NCBI GenBank assembly: GCA_946535435.1
Contig: CAMNDM010000010.1
Span: 23,559-87,558 of the forward strand
DNA length: 64,000 nt
Reading direction: 5' to 3'
Origin: an uncultured Bacteroidales bacterium
GTDB taxonomy: Bacteria; Bacteroidota; Bacteroidia; Bacteroidales; Paludibacteraceae
Part shown: piece after piece, positions 53,772 through 62,762 of the stretch
How positions within the stretch are numbered: the stretch's first letter is position 1
Layout of the letters: each line of letters begins with the position of its first letter
Position numbers and translations under genes: made by a program
Notes under the pieces: generated by a model
What the model saw: the letters and a program-made list of their open reading frames with translations, nothing else
The model's database searches: none
Told to the model about the DNA's origin: nothing

Positions 53772-54307
53772 TCTTTATCCTCCTTTTCCTTGTTTGCAAT
53801 TACAAGCGCACCTATAATGCAGGCGAGCAGAAGGATACCTGTAGCCTCGAAAGGTAACAGATATTGGTGCTTGCCAGTGCCCAGCAAGGTGCAACCAATA
53901 AGTTCCATGTTGACGGTTTCTGTAAATTGGTCTGTACTTGGGTCTTCGCTAAAGTTGCCGAATAAGAACATGGTGCAAAGAACGACAGCTATGCCGCAGA
54001 GTGCGGCAAAGCCGGCTCTCGCCTTCTTGCCCATGCGTACATGCTCGCTGTTCTCGCCAATGCGGTGAACCAGCACGATGGCGAAGATGAAAAGCATAAG
54101 TATGCCGCCAGCATAAACCGACAACTGGGCTGCTGCCAAGAAGTCATAACTCATCTGCAGGTAAAGGCCTGCAACGCCCACCAGTGTCAAGAAGAGGTAG
54201 AAAGCAGCGTGCATCAACTTTTCAGTCAATACAGAAAGCAGTCCACATCCCAACACTATCACTGATAGTAGAGCGAATATGATATTGTTTGCTGTTATAA
54301 ATTCCAT
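53768..54307 (-). CDS. nuoJ: NADH-quinone oxidoreductase subunit J
   Basis: 179-aa membrane subunit, assigned from operon order. Confidence 0.85.
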   Translation of the reverse strand: MEFITANNIIFALLSVIVLGCGLLSVLTEKLMHAAFYLFLTLVGVAGLYLQMSYDFLAAAQLSVYAGGILMLFIFAIVLVHRIGENSEHVRMGKKARAGFAALCGIAVVLCTMFLFGNFSEDPSTDQFTETVNMELIGCTLLGTGKHQYLLPFEATGILLLACIIGALVIANKEKEDKE

Positions 54308-54309
54308 GA

Positions 54310-54861
54310 TTATTGATTGTTTTCGTTTTCTTGTTTAGGAGCTGCCTCTTTCTCCTGTTGCGCAGGTGCGCTTGCAGGTTTAGCCGCAGGTGCGACAGGC
54401 TTAGCCACTTCCACCTTTTTGCTGCCAGGCTTGTTCAACTGCTTGATAAGCTTGCTGCGGGTGTAGACTGCGTGCTCGAAATTATTGGTGAACTCAATTG
54501 CACCTTGTGGACATACTCTGGAGCAAAGTCCGCAGAATATACAACTTCCAAGGTCGTATAGATACTGGTCCAACACGATTTTTGACTTGCCATTCTCGTC
54601 TGTAATCTTGCTCTTGTTGACAGTGATTGTCTGGTTAGGGCAGTTCATTGCACAAATTCCGCAGGCGGTACACTTGTGCTCGTTGTTTTCGTTGTGCGGC
54701 ATCGTCAGCTCGGCACGGAAACGTTCCTTGGGCTGAAGTTCGTCTCTCTTTTCAGGGTAGCACTCGGTTACAGCTGGGCTGACCAACACTTTACCGGTGA
54801 TTTTCATACCCTTCAGCAAATTCCAAATGCCTGAAAATATGTCTGTGAAATACTTTTTCAT
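54310..54861 (-). CDS. nuoI: NADH-quinone oxidoreductase subunit I (2x[4Fe-4S] ferredoxin)
   Basis: Two Cys clusters, CTACGICAMNCP and CIFCGLCSRVCP, with a Pro/Ala/Lys-rich C-terminal tail. Confidence 0.9.
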   Translation of the reverse strand: MKKYFTDIFSGIWNLLKGMKITGKVLVSPAVTECYPEKRDELQPKERFRAELTMPHNENNEHKCTACGICAMNCPNQTITVNKSKITDENGKSKIVLDQYLYDLGSCIFCGLCSRVCPQGAIEFTNNFEHAVYTRSKLIKQLNKPGSKKVEVAKPVAPAAKPASAPAQQEKEAAPKQENENNQ

Positions 54862-54871
54862 TTTTCTCTGC

Positions 54872-55942
54872 TTATTTGAAATAGATTACCCAAATAGCCA
54901 TCAACAAAATGTTAGCGAGGCTGAATGGCAACATAATCTTCCATTCGAGGTGCAATAACTGGTCGATACGCAAACGTGGGAAAGTCCAGCGTACCCACAA
55001 GCTAAGGAAGATGAGGACAAGTGTCTTGCCGAACATCCAAATGTAGCTTGGTATGGCATCCATAACAGCGTTGAACCCTTCGCATCCTGGAATGTGGAGC
55101 GCCTGCCAGCCGCCTAAGAACACCAGTGTGCCAATGGCTGCGTTGATGAACAAGTTACAGTATTCTGCTACATAGAAGAAACCGAAAGTGATACCTGAGT
55201 ATTCTACATGGTAACCTGCGGTCAACTCCGATTCTGCCTCTGGCAGGTCGAATGGACCACGGTTGGTTTCTGCGTGAGCTGCAATGAGGTAGATGACCAG
55301 TGCTACCCAGGTGAATGGAGACTGGAAGATGAACCATGCGTCTTCTTGGGCTGCCATCAGGGCAGACAAGTTCATAGAACCACCCAAAATGACGATTGCC
55401 ATCATTGACAGACAGGCTGATAGCTCGAAGCTGATAACCTGTGCACCGCTTCGCATAGCACCAATCAGCGAGTATTTGTTGTTACTTGACCAACCGGCCA
55501 GCATAACACCGATAATACTGATTGACGATACCGCCAGCAGGTAGAAAACTCCGACGTTGAAGTCCACTCCATAAACGCCTTCTGCAAATTGCAAACCACC
55601 GAAGGTTAGCAACGAACCCATGATGACGATGAATGGAGCTGCGTAATACAGCAACTTGTCGTTGTGCTTCAACGGAATGATTTCCTTTGTCAGAATCTTC
55701 ACCATGTCGGCAATCACCTGGAAGATACCCCAAGGACCAACACGATTCGGACCAAGACGACACTGGAAATACGCACAAATCTTACGCTCAAAGATGATGA
55801 GGAACAAGGCTATAAGCGCATATAACGTCAAGAAGCCGAGACCCACCAGAACGTACTCGATAAGACTCACCCAAGTGGCTTCGATGTTGTCGGTTAACAA
55901 CGTGTGAATCTTGTTTATACCATCTATTAATTCTAATGACAT
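54872..55942 (-). CDS. nuoH: NADH-quinone oxidoreductase subunit H
   Basis: 356-aa polytopic ORF with the NuoH/ND1 motifs [20 protein letters not shown] and [14 protein letters not shown]. Confidence 0.9.
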   Translation of the reverse strand: MSLELIDGINKIHTLLTDNIEATWVSLIEYVLVGLGFLTLYALIALFLIIFERKICAYFQCRLGPNRVGPWGIFQVIADMVKILTKEIIPLKHNDKLLYYAAPFIVIMGSLLTFGGLQFAEGVYGVDFNVGVFYLLAVSSISIIGVMLAGWSSNNKYSLIGAMRSGAQVISFELSACLSMMAIVILGGSMNLSALMAAQEDAWFIFQSPFTWVALVIYLIAAHAETNRGPFDLPEAESELTAGYHVEYSGITFGFFYVAEYCNLFINAAIGTLVFLGGWQALHIPGCEGFNAVMDAIPSYIWMFGKTLVLIFLSLWVRWTFPRLRIDQLLHLEWKIMLPFSLANILLMAIWVIYFK

Positions 55943-55975
55943 AATTTTCTCGTTTGTTTATGTGTTCTTATCGGT

Positions 55976-57610
55976 TTATCGGTCGGCACATGGAATTACA
56001 TAGTCGAGCGACGCACCAATAGTGATCAAATCGGCAATCTTCTCGCCCTTACAAAGTGGGTCGAGAGCGCTGATAAGGGTCATACATGGTGAACGGAACT
56101 TCACACGGTATGGATTCTTGTTGCCGTCGCTCTTAATGTAGACGCCGAAGTCACCGCGGGCCGATTCTGCACGCTGGTAATATTCGCCTTCTGGCAGTTT
56201 CACAATAGCTGGCACTTTCACGTTGACACCATCGGTTGGCAGGTTGTCGTTCAACTGCTCAATGATGTTGAGCGATTCCAACACCTCGTCCAAACGTATG
56301 ATATATCGGTCGAACGAATCTCCCTTGCAGGTGTCGGTGTTGCGGAGCACCTCGTTGAACTTGACTTTGTCGTATGCGGCGTATGGCGCTAGTTTACGTA
56401 CGTCGTTGCTCCAGCCTGAGGCACGTCCGGTAGGACCGGTAGTTCCCAATGCTACAGCGGTTTCCTTGGTCAGCCAGCCCACGTTGTGCATACGGCCGGT
56501 TGCAATAGGGTTGCCGGTGAACAGGGTGTGGTACTCCTTGATGGACTCGCGCATATAGGCAACGAAGTCGCTGACTGTCTGCTGGAAGTTAGGCACAACG
56601 TCTTTGGTCAGACCTCCAATAATGCTGTAGGCTGGCATCAGACGGCCACCTGCGTTCTCTTCAAAGATGTCCATAATCTTTTCACGGTCGCGCATACCAT
56701 AGATGAAGGCGGTAATTGCGCCCATATCCATAGCCATACAGCCCCAACCCAGCAAGTGGGAAGCAACACGGGTCAACTCGTCGAAAATACAACGGATGTA
56801 TTGAGCACGCTGTGGAACTTCAATTCCGGCTGCCTTTTCAACGCACATGCAGAATGCGTGGCGGTTGATGGAGCCTGACAGATAGTCCAAACGTTCGGTA
56901 TAAGGGAGTATTTGTGGATAAGTCAGACTTTCGCACATCTTCTCTATACCACGGTGAATGTAACCGAAGTTAGGGTCCACCTTCTTGACAATCTCACCAT
57001 CGAGCGATACACGGAGGTGAAGCACACCGTGTGTGGCTGGGTGTTGTGGGCCGAAGTTGACGACATATTCATTGTTGCCGAACAACTGTTTGCTTTTCTC
57101 AATAATCTTGCCTTCCTTGTCGAGTGTGATAGAAGGCAGCGTCTCTAAAGAGTCGATGTTGACGTTCGTGGTCGGTGTATCGTTGACCTCGTTGTAGTCC
57201 TTTCTGAAAGGGAACCCTTTCCAGTCGCCGCGCAAGAATATGCGGCGCATGTCCGGATGGTCAATGAAACGGATGCCGAAGAAATCGTAAACCTCACGTT
57301 CATAGAGGTCTGCCGATTTCCAAATGTCGCTAACCGTGTAAAGAACAGGTTCCTCGCGGTCGGCTGTCTTGGTCTTCAAAACCACCACTGCAGTCTTGTT
57401 TGTGCTCGACGAGATGTGGTAAACGGTGCCAAGGGCGTCGGTATAGTCAACGCCGGTAAGGTTGATGAGATAGTCGAAACCAGCTTCTTTCAACTTCTTG
57501 GCAACGGCTCTAACCTCATTAGGCTCAAGCTCTATTGTAGGGTACTGGGTACCTTCTGCAACCTCCTTGCCTGGAGCTACTTTTGCTAATAATTTCTTGA
57601 TATCTTCCAT
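55976..57610 (-). CDS. nuoCD: fused NADH-quinone oxidoreductase subunits C and D
   Basis: 544 aa. The N-terminal part is NuoC-like (INLTGVDY...EREVYDFFGI) and the remainder NuoD-like (NFGPQHPATHGVLHL...). Confidence 0.9.
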   Translation of the reverse strand: MEDIKKLLAKVAPGKEVAEGTQYPTIELEPNEVRAVAKKLKEAGFDYLINLTGVDYTDALGTVYHISSSTNKTAVVVLKTKTADREEPVLYTVSDIWKSADLYEREVYDFFGIRFIDHPDMRRIFLRGDWKGFPFRKDYNEVNDTPTTNVNIDSLETLPSITLDKEGKIIEKSKQLFGNNEYVVNFGPQHPATHGVLHLRVSLDGEIVKKVDPNFGYIHRGIEKMCESLTYPQILPYTERLDYLSGSINRHAFCMCVEKAAGIEVPQRAQYIRCIFDELTRVASHLLGWGCMAMDMGAITAFIYGMRDREKIMDIFEENAGGRLMPAYSIIGGLTKDVVPNFQQTVSDFVAYMRESIKEYHTLFTGNPIATGRMHNVGWLTKETAVALGTTGPTGRASGWSNDVRKLAPYAAYDKVKFNEVLRNTDTCKGDSFDRYIIRLDEVLESLNIIEQLNDNLPTDGVNVKVPAIVKLPEGEYYQRAESARGDFGVYIKSDGNKNPYRVKFRSPCMTLISALDPLCKGEKIADLITIGASLDYVIPCADR

Positions 57611-57613
57611 CGC

Positions 57614-58261
57614 TTACTTGATTCCTTTTGCTGCTTTGCGTGCTTCTTCCTCCTTGGCCAGACGCTCGGCCCATACTTTTTCTTCTGGGGTGATAGCTGG
57701 CTTTTTAGGCAATTTGAAGAAACCTTCTAGCTTGATTTTTCTTTCCATCTGCAACATACCGTACAATACGGCGTTCGGACGTGGCGGACAACCAGGTACG
57801 TACACGTCGACAGGGATGATCTCATTCACACCCTTTACCACATTGTATGAGTTTTTAAACGGACCGCCACTGATGGCGCAACCGCCCATTGCAATAACGT
57901 ACTTAGGCTCTGCCATTTGGTCATAGAGTCGTTTCAAGACTGGCGCCATTTTGTTTACGATGGTTCCTGCCACGAAGACAACGTCGGACTGGCGTGGAGA
58001 ATTTCGGGTTACCTCCCAGCCAAAACGGGCAAAGTCGGTGCGGGCCGCACCCACACACATGAATTCGATACCGCAGCAGGCGGTAGCGAAGGTGAGTGGC
58101 CATACCGAATGGCTACGGCCCCAGTTGATGCAGTCGTCTAGGCAACCGATGGCTACGTTTACGCCGCCTTTCTTCAACTCCTCGACATACTGCTCTAAGT
58201 ATTCGTTGTCGTTGAAGGTGACGTGGTTCATGCTTTTAACACGCAAATTCTTTACTTCCAT
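57614..58261 (-). CDS. nuoB: NADH-quinone oxidoreductase subunit B
   Basis: Motifs ACCGIEF, GGCAISGGPF and VPGCPPRP. I set the start at the ATG at 58261, which overlaps the last codons of nuoA. The ORF-track extension to 58372 runs deep into nuoA. Confidence 0.9.
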   Translation of the reverse strand: MEVKNLRVKSMNHVTFNDNEYLEQYVEELKKGGVNVAIGCLDDCINWGRSHSVWPLTFATACCGIEFMCVGAARTDFARFGWEVTRNSPRQSDVVFVAGTIVNKMAPVLKRLYDQMAEPKYVIAMGGCAISGGPFKNSYNVVKGVNEIIPVDVYVPGCPPRPNAVLYGMLQMERKIKLEGFFKLPKKPAITPEEKVWAERLAKEEEARKAAKGIK

Positions 58262-58605
58262 TCCAATGCTCCTTTCCGCCATGCGTATGCAAGGCCTAAA
58301 ATGAGAACTACAAGGAAGAACGATACTGCATACAGACCTTCTGCTCCCAAGCCCTTCATGATGACGGCCCATGGGAAGAGAAGCACTGCTTCAACATCGA
58401 ACATCAGGAACAAGATGGCTATCAGGTAGTAACCTACTTTGAACTGCATCCACGATGTTCCACGAGTCGGAATACCGCTCTCATATTGCTCTCCCTTTTG
58501 GGCATTCTCCGATTTCGGTGACAGCAACAAGCCGATGACCGAACCGCCTAGCACCATTACGAGAGCCATGATGAAAACGATTACAAAAATCTCGTATGAA
58601 CTCAT
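58252..58605 (-). CDS. nuoA: NADH-quinone oxidoreductase subunit A
   Basis: 117 aa with three TM segments, including YESGIP and FDVE. Confidence 0.9.
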   Translation of the reverse strand: MSSYEIFVIVFIMALVMVLGGSVIGLLLSPKSENAQKGEQYESGIPTRGTSWMQFKVGYYLIAILFLMFDVEAVLLFPWAVIMKGLGAEGLYAVSFFLVVLILGLAYAWRKGALEWK

Positions 58606-59241
58606 ATTAATTTAAATTGTTATTAATTATTGTCGTTTCCTAATTATGCCAAACAAAAAATGCACCGCTGGCCTTTTGCCGTACGATGCATTTATATCGT
58701 GTAGATATTTTCAATGTATACAACAACGGTGTACGCAGCAGCCTGCATACACTTCACACTGTTTATTGACTTTTGTTGTAACATTTCTTTTTTTGAATGT
58801 GCAATTTTTTTTGTTTGTGGGAACTGAAGTTGGCCGAACTCCCTGTCGTTTATGGAAGCTTAACTTACAGTCCTTTCTTTTTTACTGCCTATTTTTGATA
58901 ATTTGTTAGTTTTACAAAACTTAAAATTTCCCGATTGTTAAATGCCGGTAAAGGTCACTTCGCATAAAGACACATTTTAAGTTTTAATCGTACAAAAATC
59001 AAAAAAGTAATTGGATTAGGCAAAAAAAGACCAATTAAATTTTCCACCATTTTCACCTTTTTTTACTTTCAATATGTGAAGGCCTGTTGACGGAAATGGC
59101 GAACTGTGGCTCATAACGCTTTACAAAAATGGTGTTTTTTGCTTCTTTTCCTTCCTTTTTGTTTGGAATTTATTGCATTCGGCTGACTATTTAGCCCGGT
59201 GCCGCTGGTAACGCTTTTTTAACGTTTCGAACAGATTTCTG

Positions 59242-59637
59242 CTATAAGCCGAATATATTACGCATAATCCACCATAGGACTATTACAATCAAGATCGTTG
59301 TGCTGTAGGCCGGATGAATGGTTGTTCTGTAGCATATAGGAAACTGCCGCTTGTATTTTCTGACTGTGATGGTGAATAACAGCGTTGGTATTAGCACGAC
59401 AAACAACAGGTTGCAGCGAAGTGCTTCGGAAACGCGCAGGTGAAGCAAATTGTGAAGCATACGCTGGCTGCCACAACCGGGGCATTTTATGCCTGTAAGT
59501 GTATAGAAGGGACATTTCGGGAAATAATCAGTAACCGATGGGTCGTTGTGGTAGTACAACATACACAAAAGGAAAATTATTATTATAGCTAAAGCCAATC
59601 GGTAAAAACTTTTTCTGATACTCTTTCCCAATGCCAT
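59242..59637 (-). CDS. DUF2752 domain membrane protein
   Basis: 131 aa. CPFYTLTGIKCPGCGSQRMLHNLL is the hallmark DUF2752 Cys motif. Confidence 0.8.
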   Translation of the reverse strand: MALGKSIRKSFYRLALAIIIIFLLCMLYYHNDPSVTDYFPKCPFYTLTGIKCPGCGSQRMLHNLLHLRVSEALRCNLLFVVLIPTLLFTITVRKYKRQFPICYRTTIHPAYSTTILIVIVLWWIMRNIFGL

Positions 59638-59693
59638 TTCCGTTAAACGATGAACCAGAGGTAGATAAAGTTACGGTGACCTCCGATTCACAT

Positions 59694-60086
59694 TTATTCA
59701 TAATATATAAAGAGGATGAAACAGAGGTAGATAAGGTATCCGATGATCACCGCTACTATTAATAATATGGGGACTACAACGATGCCTATGCCCACTTTTG
59801 CAAGTAGGTCTGCATCTCTTGATGCCATTTTTGCCCCTTCGTAATCTCCCTTATTGTGTAGGTCGTGTACCTGCCATGATTTGTATACGGCAAAGATTCC
59901 AATAATAGGAAACAGGTATAGCGCGATTAAAGCTTTGATGAGGTGGTTGTCTGGACGCTTTGACGGGCTGGCAGGCTCCTGGTCTGGCCTGTCGAAATTG
60001 ATTTCCCTTCTCGCTTTGGCCTTGGTGGGGCAGCTCTCTGGTGTACTGTTTCCTAGTAAGTAATCTTCGTTGGTGTATCTGCCCAT
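59694..60086 (-). CDS. CD225/dispanin family membrane protein (paralog 1)
   Basis: 130 aa. The core ...ALIALYLFPIIGIFAVYKSWQVHDLHNKGDYEGAKMASRDA... followed by a second TM segment is the CD225 architecture. Confidence 0.75.
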   Translation of the reverse strand: MGRYTNEDYLLGNSTPESCPTKAKARREINFDRPDQEPASPSKRPDNHLIKALIALYLFPIIGIFAVYKSWQVHDLHNKGDYEGAKMASRDADLLAKVGIGIVVVPILLIVAVIIGYLIYLCFILFIYYE

Positions 60087-60096
60087 TTACCCTCGC

Positions 60097-60357
60097 TTAT
60101 CTTTTCTCTATGTAAGCTTCGTCGTGTCTGATTTTAGCCTTCATATATTTAAGGTGTTCCATTAAAAGGTCGATATGGGCGTCGAGTACAACTTTGTTGA
60201 TTTCAACGTGCCCTTTATATTCGAAAGGGTATAGTCCTTTATATTTTGAGTGCTCGTCGTCGACGCCGTTCAGATCGTTTGAAATGGCTTCTATATGTTT
60301 TGCGAACTCTTCTTTGCAGAAGTTGATTTTTTCTTCTTTTACCAATAAGTTTTCCAT
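60097..60357 (-). CDS. hypothetical small soluble protein
   Basis: 86-aa charged helical ORF. Its stop lies 10 nt before the CD225 paralog 1 start. Confidence 0.5.
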   Translation of the reverse strand: MENLLVKEEKINFCKEEFAKHIEAISNDLNGVDDEHSKYKGLYPFEYKGHVEINKVVLDAHIDLLMEHLKYMKAKIRHDEAYIEKR

Positions 60358-60467
60358 TCTGTCTGCTATTTAGTTTGTATTATTAGAAGAAAACCTGTGA
60401 ATATGGTTCTTCCCTTTATAAAGATAGCGTATCTTGTGGTGATTGCCAAGAAAACAGATTTGTTTTT

Positions 60468-60791
60468 TTACTCGGAACACATGAGTATTACAAACCAGAT
60501 AATGGCTGAAATGACAACAGAACCCACAATCCATAACACGGTTGCGTCTGAAGCCTCTTTTGCGGCCTCGAACTTGTCTTCAATGAAAAGTTTGTTTACT
60601 TGTCTCGACTTGAAGATGGCAATAATGCCAAACGGATTGCAGCACATTATAGTGGCGGCAATTGCCCACACCAAATGGTCGTCGGGTAAATAGGGGTCCC
60701 GGATGTCTAATTCGGGCGCTTTCCCTTTGTGTTGCGTGTTGAACGGCTTTTCTGTTCCTATTCCTTTTTTTGTTTCCTGTTTTTCCCCCAT
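60468..60791 (-). CDS. CD225/dispanin family membrane protein (paralog 2)
   Basis: 107 aa with core AIAATIMCCNPFGIIAIFKSRQVNKLFIEDKFEAAKEASDAT followed by a second TM segment. Confidence 0.75.
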   Translation of the reverse strand: MGEKQETKKGIGTEKPFNTQHKGKAPELDIRDPYLPDDHLVWAIAATIMCCNPFGIIAIFKSRQVNKLFIEDKFEAAKEASDATVLWIVGSVVISAIIWFVILMCSE

Positions 60792-60896
60792 AGCACTTTT
60801 ACTTACTCTATAAAGATAGCCTTTTCTACCGTTTCTGCAAAATGCGGAAAGAAAAAAGAGGAAGTATCGGTCAATACTCCCTCTCGTATGTCCTTT

Positions 60897-62729
60897 TTAG
60901 AACGACTGCATATCGCAAAGTTTTTTGTAGATGCCGTTTAACGCAATCAGTTCTTCGTGTCTGCCCCGTTCAACAATCTCGCCTTCGTTCATAACGCAAA
61001 TCTCGTCTGCATTGCGGATGGTCGACAAACGGTGGGCGATAACGATGGTGGTGCGGGTTTTCATCAAGTGCTCGAGTGCGCTCTGTACCAGTTTCTCACT
61101 CTCGGTGTCGAGTGCCGATGTCGCCTCGTCGAGAATAAGGATTGGCGGGTTCTTCAGTATGGCGCGGGCTATGCTCAAACGCTGGCGCTGGCCACCTGAC
61201 AAACGGCTGCCACGGTCGCCTATGTTGGTCTGATAACCATCTTCGGTGCCTATGATAAAATCGTGCGCATTGGCAATTTTAGCTGCGTTTTCTATGGCCT
61301 CTTGGGTGGCTCCTTTGGTGCCGAATGTGATGTTGTTGGCAATGGTGTCGTTAAACAAGATGGCTTCCTGGTTAACGTTGCCCATCTGCGTCCTGACATC
61401 GTAGAGCGCCATATCTTTCACGTTTACACCGTCTATCAACACCTCGCCTTGTTGGACGTCGTAGAAGCGGGGGAGCAGATCGACCAAAGTCGACTTGCCA
61501 GAGCCCGATTGACCGACCAGGGCTACAGTTTTCCCTTTCTCAACAGTTAGGTTGATGTTCTTCAGCACCCATTGGTCGTCGTATTTGAACCATACGTTAC
61601 GGAACTCGATTTTGTCGCTGAATGGTTTCAACGGCACAGGGTTCTCAACCACTTTCAACGGATTTTGGGCGGCGAGGATGGCGTCAATACGGTCCATCGA
61701 AGCACGTCCTTTCTCGATGCTGTACCAAGCCTTCGACAAGTCTTTCGCCGGATTGATGATGCTGTAGAAAATGATGAGGTAGTAGATGAAGCTCGAGGCA
61801 TCGAGTGTACTGCTGCCGTCTAAAATGACCATGCCGCCGAACACCAACACAATGCAGATGGTGATGGTGCCTAAGAACTCGCTCATAGGGTGGGCCAGCA
61901 TGTTTCGGCGCTGCATGGAATTGCTTGTTTTCCGCAGGTCGTTATTCATCTGGCTGAAGCGGTTGGTCATATTCGTCTCGGCGTTAAAAGCCTTAATGAC
62001 GCGAAGACCGCCCAGTGTTTCCTCTATCATCGACAGCAGTTGTCCGGTCTGGGTTTGTGCCAGAACCGATTTCCGCTTAAGCGATTTTCCCACTTTCCCC
62101 ATCAGTATGCCGGCAAACGGCAACACTACCAGCACGAAGAGGGTTAGTTTCCAACTGAGCCAGAGAAGAACGCTGAAGTAGATAAGAATCATAATCGGAT
62201 TCTTGGTCAGCATTTCTAGCGAACTCATAATCGAGGCTTCCACTTCTCCAACGTCCGATGTCATGCGGGCTATGATGTCGCCCTTCTTGTGCTTATGGAA
62301 GAAAGCGAGGTTTAAATCTACAATCTTGTCATAGAGCTGTTGGCGCAAGTCGCGTACAACACCGCTGCGTAGCGGTATAATGTAGTAGCTGGCAAGGTAG
62401 GCTGTTCCTGTTTTCAGGAGCGTCATAACTACCATAAAAGCGCCTAACAGTCCGAGTGTGGCAACTCCACCGTGTTCGTTTATGAACTGCTGCATCCACC
62501 AATAAGCATTGTTCTTCAAGGTCTCTGCCAAGTGGTTGACATCTACTGGCATGTAGGTGTACACCTGGTTCTCGATCTTGAACAAGATGTTCAGAATGGG
62601 GATAATCAGAGCGAACGAGAACAGGCTGAAAAGCGTTGACAGTATGTTGAACATGAAGTTCAGCCCTACATACCGCTTATAGCCTGTTACGAACCGCCTG
62701 ATGAGCCTGATAAATTGAGGTGACTGCAT
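60897..62729 (-). CDS. ABC transporter, fused permease/ATPase (MsbA-like exporter)
   Basis: 610 aa with six N-terminal TM segments, Walker A GQSGSGKST, signature LSGGQRQR and Walker B ILILDEATSALD. Confidence 0.9.
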   Translation of the reverse strand: MQSPQFIRLIRRFVTGYKRYVGLNFMFNILSTLFSLFSFALIIPILNILFKIENQVYTYMPVDVNHLAETLKNNAYWWMQQFINEHGGVATLGLLGAFMVVMTLLKTGTAYLASYYIIPLRSGVVRDLRQQLYDKIVDLNLAFFHKHKKGDIIARMTSDVGEVEASIMSSLEMLTKNPIMILIYFSVLLWLSWKLTLFVLVVLPFAGILMGKVGKSLKRKSVLAQTQTGQLLSMIEETLGGLRVIKAFNAETNMTNRFSQMNNDLRKTSNSMQRRNMLAHPMSEFLGTITICIVLVFGGMVILDGSSTLDASSFIYYLIIFYSIINPAKDLSKAWYSIEKGRASMDRIDAILAAQNPLKVVENPVPLKPFSDKIEFRNVWFKYDDQWVLKNINLTVEKGKTVALVGQSGSGKSTLVDLLPRFYDVQQGEVLIDGVNVKDMALYDVRTQMGNVNQEAILFNDTIANNITFGTKGATQEAIENAAKIANAHDFIIGTEDGYQTNIGDRGSRLSGGQRQRLSIARAILKNPPILILDEATSALDTESEKLVQSALEHLMKTRTTIVIAHRLSTIRNADEICVMNEGEIVERGRHEELIALNGIYKKLCDMQSF

Positions 62730-62762
62730 CCTTATTTGTTTGTTTCCCTTATTTGACAGGAC

